DNA of 64,000 nucleotides, taken from Octopus sinensis (lineage: Eukaryota). The translations under genes and the position numbers were made by a program. Below, piece by piece: positions 14,472-25,256 of this stretch (its first letter is position 1; each line of letters begins with the position of its first letter). The DNA lies in the NCBI RefSeq assembly GCF_006345805.1, contig NC_042998.1:189968001-190032000 (forward strand), in the 5' to 3' direction. Below the pieces are notes generated by a model. It saw nothing but the letters and a program-made list of their open reading frames with translations, searched no databases and was not told where the DNA came from.

Positions 14472-15059
14472 TTACACACCATAACTTTTAATGCATACTT
14501 TTGCTTTCCTGGGTAATATCAGAAAAAAAGCACACATACAATAATTAATATTCAACTTTTATCACATTTCTTGGTGCTTACATAAAATAATGAAACGAAT
14601 ACTAATTTTCAAAACAAAAATAATTATTACCTAAAGACATAATTAAATTTTTAAAAATTCCTCTTTAGTAACTCCTTCCATAACCATTGTCATTTACTCC
14701 CTCTCCTCTACATCGTACACTGCTTTCCTAGTTCTTTCCTTCTCCTGCGTGTGTGTGTGTGTAATCTTTTCCTCATTACCTGTCACCATGCCTAGTATGT
14801 GCACACATCCTACACCTTTTATGTTAACTCACTCTATCTCTTTTACTCCCTCCCTTCCCTCTCTATACGACGTAAAGCATGACTGGAGAAACCAACCAAC
14901 CAATATTTATATCGGTAATTATACGTACATACATACATACATACATACATACATACATACATAACATACATACATACATACATACATACATACATACATA
15001 CATACATACATACTACATACATACATACATACTACATACATACATACGTACATTCATAC

Positions 15060-15381
15060 TGTTATAATGTAAGATCCACGTCCACTTGTATGTTATTGTC
15101 GGCCCTGTAGTATTCTTGTCACCACTATTATTTTATGGCGTTATTTCGCGTTTTATCTTTGACTCGCCTATCGTGCTATCGCTGCTAGCTCCGCAAGATA
15201 ATGACTTCTACCTTCACGGTAACTCGAACTCGTATATGACACGTACTGACACTAACTCCAACTGAGAACTCGTACAACGACCATACTACTATTGACTTCC
15301 TACAACGACTGACTGTCTGAATTTATAGGGCCTCATACCACTTTGTCACATGGGAGGGAGAGTACCATTTTCACTACAACA
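15060..15381 (-). mobile_element. Solo LTR (BEL/Pao- or Gypsy-like)
   Basis: TGTTATAA...CTACAACA termini (TG..CA, TGTT/AACA inverted ends); 5-bp flanks catac/cttac (4/5 match); TATAAA on - strand. Confidence 0.62.
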
Positions 15382-16115
15382 CTTACAAACTTACATATAT
15401 ACATACATATATATATGTGTGTGTTTGTGTGTGCATGTATGTATTCGTATATATAATATATATATATATATATATAGTATTACACACCATAACTTTTAAT
15501 GCATACTTTTGCTTTCCTGGGTAATATCAGAAAAAAAGCACACATACAATAATTAATATTCAACTTTTATCACATTTCTTGGTGCTTACATAAAATAATG
15601 AAACGAATACTAATTTTCAAAACAAAAATAATTATTACCTAAAGACATAATTAAATTTTTAAAAATTCCTCTTTAGTAAACTCCTTCCATAACCATTGTC
15701 ATTTACTCCCTCTCCTCTACATCGTACACTGCTTTCCTAGTTCTTTCCTTCTCCTGCGTCTGTGTGTGTGTAATCTTTTCCTCATTACCTGTCACCATGC
15801 CTAGTATGTGCACACATCCTACACCTTTTATGTTAACTCACTCTATCTCTTTTACTCCCTCCCTTCCCTCTCTATACGACGTAAAGCATGACTGGAGAAA
15901 CCAACCAACCAATATTTATATCGGTAATTATACGTACATACATACATACATACATACATACATACATACATAATACATACATACATACATACATACATAC
16001 ATACATACATACATAATACATACATACATACATACATACATACATACATACATACATACATACATACATACATACATACGTACGTACATACATACATACA
16101 TACGTACATTCATAC

Positions 16116-16438
16116 TGTTATAATGTAAGATCCACGTCCACTTGTATGTTATTGTCGGCCCTGTAGTATTCTTGTCACCACTATTATTTTATGGCGTTAT
16201 TTCGCGTTTTATCTTTGACTCGCCTATCGTGCTATCGCTGCTAGCTCCGCAAGATAATGACTTCTACCTTCACGGTAACTCGAACTCGTATATGACACGT
16301 AACTGACACTAACTCCAACTGAGAACTCGTACAACGACCATACTACTATTGACTTCCTACAACGACTGACTGTCTGAATTTATAGGGCCTCATACCACTT
16401 TGTCACATGGGAGGGAGAGTACCATTTTCACTACAACA
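16116..16438 (-). mobile_element. Second copy of the solo LTR, produced by the local duplication
   Basis: Identical to 15060-15381 except a 1-nt insertion; same catac/cttac flanks. Confidence 0.62.
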
Positions 16439-16504
16439 CTTACAAACTTACATATATACATACATATATATATGTGTGTGTTTGTGTGTGCATGTATGTA
16501 TTCG

Positions 16505-16537
<33 letters not shown>

Positions 16538-17113
16538 TATATATATATAAAAAATTCTCAACATAGCAGTTTTGCACGGAGAACAATAACATGGCAAATT
16601 ACCTTATCATATAGAATGAAATGATTGTGGATTAAAAATGGTTAAATACATCGTCTGTGAGTATGAAATCCCTCATCTTACCACTGGAAATGTAAATCTT
16701 CACTATGGATTAATTCACCTTTTCTGTGAAGCTAATAAGTCTTTAATAACCTGTGATAAGTCTGTGCATCATCCTCTTCATATCTCTGAAAATTTAAATC
16801 TACACTATGGATTGATTCATCTTCTCTTCGAAACCAATAAGTTTTTTTTTTTTTAAATCTGTGATAAGACTGTGCATCATCATTAAGGAACTTTGGAAAA
16901 CTGTTTACAACCTATATCTGCCTCTAATGGAACTATCTCCAATATCTCATGAGTATAACCTCACCCACTAAGATGTCTAGAGAACTCAAATGTATTTTAG
17001 CTGATGAGTACGGGACACTTTTATCTGCTGCAATTTTTGCAACTTGTAATAAAGCCTGTCTTTGTATGAAACAATTGTACTAAAAACCAATCCATTCTTG
17101 TTGCTTCTTTCTC

Positions 17114-17178
<65 letters not shown>

Positions 17179-17507
17179 TGTATGTATGTATGTATGTATG
17201 TATGTATGTATGTATGTATGTATAGAGTGTTAGGTGTGGTGTACAGAAATTGAATATTGAAGGAGAAAGTCGTCAGAATTTTGGGAAAAAAATCTTTTTA
17301 TTTCTCCATTATTATTAGCGCTTTCATTCGTTTCTCGAACTTGTCAAATAGAATTTTGTGAATGTACAAACAATTTGTTCATTTATATAAAACAGGTTCT
17401 TTTTGGGGAATCTGTTTACAAGAAGCGAACATTTTTTTGGGTGGGGGAGCGGGAGTTTCCATGACAACGGAGACAGATAGATAGAAATATAGGTAGATAG
17501 ATAGGCT

Positions 17508-17577
<70 letters not shown>
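17508..17577. repeat. (GATA)n microsatellite
   Basis: Direct reading. Confidence 0.97.
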
Positions 17578-17754
17578 GGGAGAGATAGAAGGGGTATTCC
17601 TATTCACTATTCATTTATGTATTTAGTCATTTACCATTGCATTGGAACGGGTTTCTTAAAAAAATAATAAATAAATAAATTTGTGTGTAACTATTTCGAG
17701 GTATTTTAATAATCTTTTGGCGGAAAGTGCTAGACGATTACATCGCCCCCTTTT

Positions 17755-17872
17755 CGTAACCGGTACTTATTTCATCGACCTCGGCGGAATTTGACCTCAG
17801 AGCATAGCGACAGGTGAAATATCGCTAAGCATTTCACTCGGTGTACTTACGATACTGCCAGCTCACCGCCTT
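17755..17872 (-). mobile_element. SINE family B fragment
   Basis: ggtacttatttcatcgacctcggcggaatttga...ctgccagctcaccgcc. Confidence 0.75.
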
Positions 17873-18117
17873 GAGATATTTTAATAAGCTCACCAAGGCA
17901 GAGTCAAGAAAAGCATAGCCATCTATTAACAGTGTGTGCAGATACTCATGTACTTACTAGAGAATATTCGTATTTGTCGTTTGATTCACCTGAAGAAAAT
18001 GGCTTTTTTTAGATGCTGTAATTGATTTGTTTTTCAATAAAAAAAAACACGTCTGAAACAGGTGTAATGAACCTCAGCCCATTTGTGTTATTATATGTGT
18101 GCGTATTATATACATAT

Positions 18118-18376
18118 AGGCGCGTGGTTTAGTGGTTAGGTTAATGCACTTATAATCGCTTGATCGTGGGTTCGATCCTCTGACTAGGCAGCGCATTGTG
18201 TTCTTGACCAAAACACTTCCTTTCGTGTTGCTCCGGACCCCTTCGATTAGTGGGGAATGCTGACCTGCTCGCCTAGCCAGTGGGGTGGCTTCACGTGAAG
18301 GCTAAAACAGTGTAAAAGTACATTGTGACCAGCGATGTGTAATAACATCTGATAGTCTAAGCGGCCACGTGATCAT

Positions 18377-18378
<2 letters not shown>
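18118..18378 (+). mobile_element. tRNA-derived SINE family C-related
   Basis: tggtttagtggtta (A box), ggttcgatcc (B box), gtgttcttgaccaaaacactt; same tail as 9038-9320. Confidence 0.8.
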
Positions 18379-18415
<37 letters not shown>

Positions 18416-20661
18416 GGAAAGGTGGTATTATTTGTTTATCATTACATATGTTTCATTACTAATAGGAGTTACGTAGGTATTCATGTAGGAAAACATGCAA
18501 GGCATCTCCTATTAGTAATTCTTCAGACTGAGAACTATTCTGCAAAAGTATTTTACAGATTTTTTTTCTATTTTCAACTCTGGTATAAAATATAGCGTCT
18601 ATGAATATACGATCTTATACTTTGGACTAGTGGAATATGCAGATGTGCTTCATGAAGACTCAGCTTGGATTATAGCCCTGTCTACATACTTTATGCGTGT
18701 GTGTATGTATGTGTGGAGAGAGGGAGAGAGGGAGCAGGAAAAAGAAAGAGCGAGATAGAACGCAAATTCATAAAATCTTTAAAGTATCTGATACGAAATT
18801 GATTATTTCTGATATGAGGTAAAATCCTGCTGAGGTCAGCCTTGCCTTTTGTCCTTTCAGTGTCAACAAATAAGTAACTGTACTTAGTTGTAGATTCGCC
18901 GAATTGATAGAGCGTCCAGTAAGATGCCTTGCGGTATCGGATCCGTCTGTTTGCGTTCCGATGGTAACAACATTTGCGAACGACAACACTGAGCTATGTC
19001 TTTTCGCCCAAGCTTTTCCTTGGACAACATCGGTGTTGTACAGAGTGGAGATTTTTAGACTGGGGATTTTCTTGTCTCCGATAAAAAAAAGACAATCCAG
19101 TCATGGCCTGCACCTTGGGCAGTAATTTCCAGTTCCAGATATTAGGACTGAGTGAAACAAAAAACAAAGGCCGAAATAACACGACTCTACTGGAAGCAAC
19201 CCTGATACACGCAACCTGAATATCTACGAACGCTCATCGAGCAACAATTGTTGTTATTTATTGTTAGATCAGTCCTCAATCAGACTTATAGTCAAAGGTA
19301 TTGCAGCTGTGACTATCCAATTATATTTTTAGACAGTGTATCTAATATTGCATTATCCGACGAACTGTTCTTTCTATAAGTTGCTAGGATGAGATATGAA
19401 GAGTTTTTAGTTGTTACTGTATCTAACCTACCGAGCGACCGGATAGAGGCTCTCAAGTTTTTTAAATGAAGAATCTACACTACTCACTCTTTAAGACAAT
19501 GGAACCGAAACAACCTTATGTCATCACATCAGTTCTATTCCTCAAATATGTTCTGATTAGAAACAACTGTGTTCAAAGAAACGTCTTGCACGAGAACAGA
19601 AATGTGTTACGCTAGTACAGGAACATTCAGTACAATAACAATATTATTTTCTCTGTGACACAAAGAACAAAAAGCTTATCACGATAAAATGGAAAAACTG
19701 TTCTTAGGAAAAACGAAATAACTTAAAACACAGAAATTGAAAATAGATTCAAGTGTAAGAAAAATACAGAAATGGAGACCAGAAAGCATGAAAACCATCA
19801 AGTTTTTAATAGAACTGTAAAAGAAACATTTTCGGCGCAAATTACAAAATAGAGACAAAATATATTCTTCCATTTTAAAATGGAACAACACACAAGACAA
19901 TACAGTCCTAGAAATACGATAAGGGGAGATAACCATGGGTGAAATGTATTTAATCGTGAATTTTTCTCTAACCACGATATTCTTGCAGATATTAACCTTC
20001 AAATGTTCAGCCAGACCATCAACCGCATCAGTCTCGCCCCAATGGACTGGTCATAGATCTAACTTCCTCGTAAACGATAGGAAAAAAAATATCAAAGAAA
20101 GAATATAACGTGTCTCGAATTTCTAACATAACAATTTGAAGGAGGAAGCAATTAATTAACTTGACTTCATATATAACAAACATATTTTATCGATCAAGGA
20201 ATAATATAAGGAGAAGTCAATCCCTTGCAATTCGTTCTCAAAATGTAAAATAAAGTACAGAATGTAAAACAAATATAGGTAACAGCAAGAGATTTTCGTT
20301 CAGAGTTCTGCAGATTTTGTTACACCACCGGCCTGTCTTCATTTATATTTAATGCAATTAATACATTTATAATTAATAATTAAGAAAAGAACGTTATTGA
20401 TCAAAAATTACAACGAGAGTCGTTGACCGTCGTTTCTCATATTATCTGCTTCAGTAAAACTATAGGCCTATTGCTTTCCTGCATCACTGAATCTAATGAC
20501 AGCGTTATGAACTTTGACCTTCTGGTGTCAATCAAGTTGAATAGATTATATAGCGAGCGGTAAAAGGGAAACTGCAACCAAATCAGCAAGTAGTACAGAA
20601 GATGCAGTACAGTAGATACCTACCTACCTACCAACCAACCTACCTACCTACCTGTATACTT

Positions 20662-20699
<38 letters not shown>

Positions 20700-20700
<1 letters not shown>

Positions 20701-21260
20701 TACATGGTGGCTGCCCCCTCGTTATCGAGTATGGCCATTGCACGAAGCTTAATCAATGTTGTTATCGTGCAATGCCTGTGCAAGAAGATTTTTTTAAAGT
20801 GAGGAAAGGCTGTGCACTGAGTCAATCCCACTCACTAAGCAAAAGCAGCCATAATCCGAAAAGAAGAACAAGTCAACATCATCGGTAACCACTGAGCCGC
20901 AGGTTTTATGTCGGAGTTATCCCAGTTACCTGAGTCACCTTCTCCTAGAAGGATGCCCTAACAAAGGCTAGGAGTCCTTCACTCCCAATGGTTTAATCGC
21001 GCGATCGGGTATTCAGTCCGATTATTTCTTTGTCCCCGCGCATGATACAGCCTTAAGACATTTATTGGGTGACCGTTGACTCTCAAGAGTTCCTCCGCCC
21101 TTTGACAGGCTTTGTTTTTCATCCCGCAGGGTGTCCAATAAACACCCTTCTCACCAAGCAAGCTTCGTGGGGTTGCCGGTTTAGTCGCCGACGACCCGAC
21201 CATACAACAGGTTGTACTGGGTTACATGTTACCAGTAGCACTCGAAAGTGACCTGACATA
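20700..21260 (-). mobile_element. GC-richer repeat fragment, possibly 5' region of an RTE-type LINE
   Basis: Contains ccttctcctagaaggatgccctaacaaaggct, resembling recalled RTE 5'UTR motifs in reverse; bounded by (CATA)n/(CA)n; no recognisable ORF. Confidence 0.35.
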
Positions 21261-22136
21261 AACATACATACATACATACATACATACATACATACATACA
21301 TACATAATAGATTATGCATTGACTTGATATATGTATATGGCCCGCTGAAATCTGTTCATGAATCCTTAGAAATTTGCAGTCTAGCGTTCATGATACCGTT
21401 ATTCTTCTCTCTCCGACATTTGTTTGGTTTCACCTTGAATTTCGCTGCACACTATGGCTTCTATACACAACAGCACATTCGGACAACGGAGGCACCCCAG
21501 AGATCGATCACAAGAGAAAATATAATGATAAATGTCATGACTATTGGTATCGCCTGAAAAAAGTTCAAACTTCATTCTTTCCAGCGCCGCTTTGAACATC
21601 CACAGGTCATTTAAGGTTTGGCCCCCCCAAAGCCATAATATGCTCCTGACAAAAAGGCAAATCCACAGCAGATAACATACATTGCGACGGAAATGATCCT
21701 GCCTCATCAGCATTGTTCCAAAGTAAATCAAGGAAGAAATGGAAATCGTAACAAATTCCTCGGAAAGAAACACCAGACAAACTACCAACACCAAGATACA
21801 TCTCGGCATACAACAACTATGTTGGCATAATTTAAAAGACTACTAAATTAGACGTGTTCCAGAGCAATAATAGCCAAAAATTATATGAGTTCTCTCCCAC
21901 TCTTTGTATGTGTGTGAGTGTGTGAATGTGTGTGTATATGCATATACATGTGTGTAAATATAAATGTATAAATAAATGTATTTGTATGCTTATACAGCTC
22001 GTGTATGCATATATGCATACGTACAAATATATATTAAAATGCGCACACACACACACACTCACATAAAAACTACAAAGACATATATATATATATTTGTTTT
22101 GCAAGATTTTTGATGTGAAATCATGTGTTGAAACAG

Positions 22137-22312
22137 ATATTGTTGTATTTTGGAATGGTCATTTTGCCAGTTTAGCCAATAACTCTGGCCGAAATAAGAT
22201 TAAGATTAATGTAAGAAATAAATAACACTGAAGCAAAGTAACACCAAATATATAGTGCGTGTGTTTTTATTGGCTAAACTGGCAAAATGACCATTCCTAA
22301 ATACAACAATAT
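22137..22312. repeat. Inverted repeat, 46-bp arms, 84-bp spacer
   Basis: 22137-22182 vs 22267-22312, with 1 mismatch. Confidence 0.92.
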
Positions 22313-22476
22313 ATATACAATTACATGTATACACATACATACATACATACTTATATATATACATGCATATATACATACACACATACATATATACATACAC
22401 ACACACACATACATATATACATACACACACACACATACATATATACATACACACACACACACATATATATATACAT

Positions 22477-22557
<81 letters not shown>

Positions 22558-22832
22558 GAAAAGAAAATGGGGATAAGGAAGTTATTGTTTATTAGAAACA
22601 AATTGGTCATTTTCGCTTCTTACGGTTTATGGTTTGTATTATTATTAATATGCTCAGGTGAAGGGTTTACAGGTTGATTAGAATGTGAATAGGGATAAAA
22701 TAAATGTATAAAACTAGAATAAATTAAACAGAGATGATGAGGAAAGATAAATATAAATAAACTTTATAGTTAATAAAATAAAACATTCACTTATAAGGTA
22801 TAAATAAAATTGTAAAAATTCATATGTGTATG

Positions 22833-22889
<57 letters not shown>

Positions 22890-23088
22890 GCACACGCATG
22901 TTTACAAATATGTGTATACACGCATACATAAAAACATGCATAGATACGAATGCACACTCATACACACGCATATGTATATACACATACACATATACATGCA
23001 TTCTTCGTATCCATCACCCGTAAAAAGGAAGTTAATATAGATCCGTATTAGTTATTCAATGCCCATTGGTTAGTGAAAATTTGAATTA

Positions 23089-23324
23089 CAATAATCCCTC
23101 GACTATCGCGGGTGTTACGTTCCAAAACCTCCCACAGAAATAATTAAAATCTAAAAAGATATAAATGCTTATCAGCCGCAGAAACCCGCGATATACTGAG
23201 GAGTCACCGATATAAATTGACATATATTAGCCAGAAAAATCCGCGATGTACTGAGTGCGTGATAGGTGAACCGCGATGTAGTCGGTGCGCGATAAGTGGA
23301 CCGCGATATGGCGAAGAATTACTG
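23089..23324. mobile_element. Tc1/pogo(Tigger)-like MITE, TA TSD
   Basis: TA|CAATAATCCCTCGACTATCGCGG ... CCGCGATATGGCGAAGAATTACTG|TA, with repeated ccgcgat subterminal motifs. Confidence 0.72.
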
Positions 23325-23859
23325 TAGTGTGTTTAGACCATAGCGTTTCAAGGAAAGTATAACTATTCTTAACGGCTATTGTAAAATGCAAAATGTGCAT
23401 ATACATATGTGTGTGTATGAGTGTGCATGCGTATTTATGCGAGTATGTGTATGTATGTGTGCATGCGTGTATACGCGTAATATGTTTAAACATGTTCATG
23501 TATATGTATAAGTATAAGCGCGTATCTCTGTGTGCATGTGAGCGTATGGGCATATATGTGTATGTAGATACACATATATGAAATTTTACAATTTTATTTA
23601 TACCTTATAAATGAATATTAACATTTAATTTGTAATTAAATTATTTACATTAGTTGAAACGGCTGTAAGAAGTGAAAATGAACAATTTGTTAAAATAAAC
23701 GATTATTAACTTCCCTATCTTCTACGTATTGAACCAGTATTTCCTTGGATGCAACCATCCATTCCGTTAATTAAATTTATATATATGTGTTTGTGCGTGC
23801 GTGTGTGCGTGTGTGTGTGTGTGCGTGTGTGTGTGTGTGTGTGTTTGTGTGGGGGTTTG

Positions 23860-24060
23860 TAGGGAGAGAATTCACAAAAACAAAAAAACAGAAGGCGAAG
23901 ACAGGTGGAGACAACATACAGATGTATTAGTTAACGCTCGGGAAGTGAAAAAAGTCTTTAACGTTTCGAGCCTACGCTCTTCCACAGAAAGGAACACAGA
24001 GAAAAAAAAAACAAGGAGAGAAAATAAAGAATGTGTAGTGGCTACCGATCTCTCATGGGG
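23860..24060 (-). mobile_element. Penelope-like element terminal (pLTR) remnant with degenerate minimal hammerhead at 23956-23991
   Basis: Reverse strand reads CUUU CUGUGGA A GAGC-GUAG-GCUC GAAACGU U AAAG: minimal HHR layout with palindromic ACGU stem III, typical of PLE pLTRs. Core A6 is replaced by U. Confidence 0.6.
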
Positions 24061-24061
24061 A

Positions 24062-24094
<33 letters not shown>

Positions 24095-24298
24095 CAATGA
24101 TAAATCTCAGAGCGAGTTATAAACAGTAGCGGTAACACATCGTGTTGAATATTTGCCATTTGAATATGGCTAACCCATAAGGGTGGATGCTACTGTAGTT
24201 TGTAGCCCCAGGAAGATATCTCCTCCAGTTGGCTATAGACACACTATCTGTGTCCTGTCAGTATTTGTGAAGGGGAGTCATCCTCCCCGTCTTCGACA

Positions 24299-24359
24299 CA
24301 TGATACACACGTACCCGAGTTTCAAGGTGTTTACCTTTCATCAGCGTGTGACAATCATG
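24299..24359 (-). ncRNA. Type I hammerhead ribozyme, copy 1
   Basis: Reverse complement reads CAUGAU-UGU-CACACG CUGAUGA AAGGU-AAAC-ACCUU GAAA C-UCGG-G UA^ CGUGUG-U-AUCAUG. All conserved core nucleotides and stems I-III are present. Confidence 0.92.
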
Positions 24360-24842
24360 GTTGTCGACGAGAAGTCAGATCCCTTCACAAATACATATAC
24401 TTTTTCCAGTGTCGATTTGACACTGATAATGAAAAAGTGAAATCAAACAATGATAAATCTCAGAGCGAGTTATAAACAGTAGCGGTAACACATCGTGTTG
24501 CATATTTGCCATTTGAATATGGCTAACCCATAAGGATGGATGCTATCATGTGTTGAAGACGGGGAGGATGACTCCCCTTCACAAATACTGACAGGACACA
24601 GATAGTGTGTCTATAGCCAACTGGAGGAGATATCTTCCTGGGGCTACAAACTACAGTAGCATCCACCCTTATGGGTTAGCCATATTCAAATGGCAAATAT
24701 GCAACACGATGTGTTACCGCTACTGTTTATAACTCGCTCTGAGATTTATCATTGTTTGATTTCACTTTTTCATTATCAGTGTCAAATCGACACTGGAAAA
24801 AGTATATGTATTTGTGAAGGGATCTGACTTCTCGTCGACAAC

Positions 24843-24903
24843 CATGATTGTCACACGCTGACGAAAGGTAAACACCTTGAAACTCGGGTACGTGTGTATC
24901 ATG
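24843..24903 (+). ncRNA. Type I hammerhead ribozyme, copy 2 (CUGACGA variant); predicted cleavage after 24890
   Basis: catgat tgt cacacg CTGACGA aaggt aaac acctt GAAA ctcggg TA cgtgtg t atcatg. Position 7 of CUGANGA is variable, so the T>C change is tolerated. Confidence 0.92.
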
Positions 24904-25195
24904 TGTTGAAGACGGGGAGGATGACTCCCCTTCACAAATACTGACAGGACACAGATAGTGTGTCTATAGCCAACTGGGGGAGATATCTTCCTGGGGCTAC
25001 AAACTACAGTAGCATCCACCCTTATGGGTTAGCCATATTCAAATGGCAAATATTCAACACGATGTGTTACCGCTACTGTTTATAACTCGCTCTGAGATTT
25101 ATCATTGTTTGATTTCACTTTTTCATTATCAGTGTCAAATCGACACTGGAAAAAGTATATGTATTTGTGAAGGGATCTGACTTCTCGTCGACAAC

Positions 25196-25256
25196 CATGA
25201 TTGTCACACGCTGATGAAAGGTAAACACCTTGAAACTCGGGTACGTGTGTATCATG
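25196..25256 (+). ncRNA. Type I hammerhead ribozyme, copy 3; predicted cleavage after 25243
   Basis: CTGATGA at 25211-25217, stem II AAGGT/ACCTT, GAAA, stem III A-U and C-G closing UCGG, GUA at 25241-25243, stem I CACACG/CGTGTG plus CATGAT/ATCATG. Confidence 0.93.

Larger units (their letters stand above)
14469..16504. repeat. Tandem duplication of about 1 kb (14469-15447 and 15477-16504)
   Basis: Unique parts are nearly identical; differences are mainly (GT)n/(CATA)n length and a 1-nt insertion; junctions in (TA)n. Confidence 0.95.

Noticed and set aside
15060-16438. Two identical LTRs as the ends of one small LTR element
   Set aside because: Both have the same flanks on both sides; they come from the 1-kb duplication.
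16697-16882. About 100-bp tandem pair as a C2H2 zinc-finger array
   Set aside because: The period is not 84 bp and no CxxC...HxxxH pattern appears in any frame; an old local duplication.
17001-17030. CTGATGA motif (also 61926-61932) as a hammerhead
   Set aside because: No paired stem II followed by GAAA, and no stem I.
20900-21260. HDV-like ribozyme in the putative RTE 5' region
   Set aside because: Several hairpins are present, but I could not assemble the nested double pseudoknot by eye. An RNArobo/Infernal HDV search would decide.
24290-24980. Unit-to-unit A>G/T>C changes as an ADAR footprint
   Set aside because: Only about five variants, on both strands; transitions are the default mutation type.
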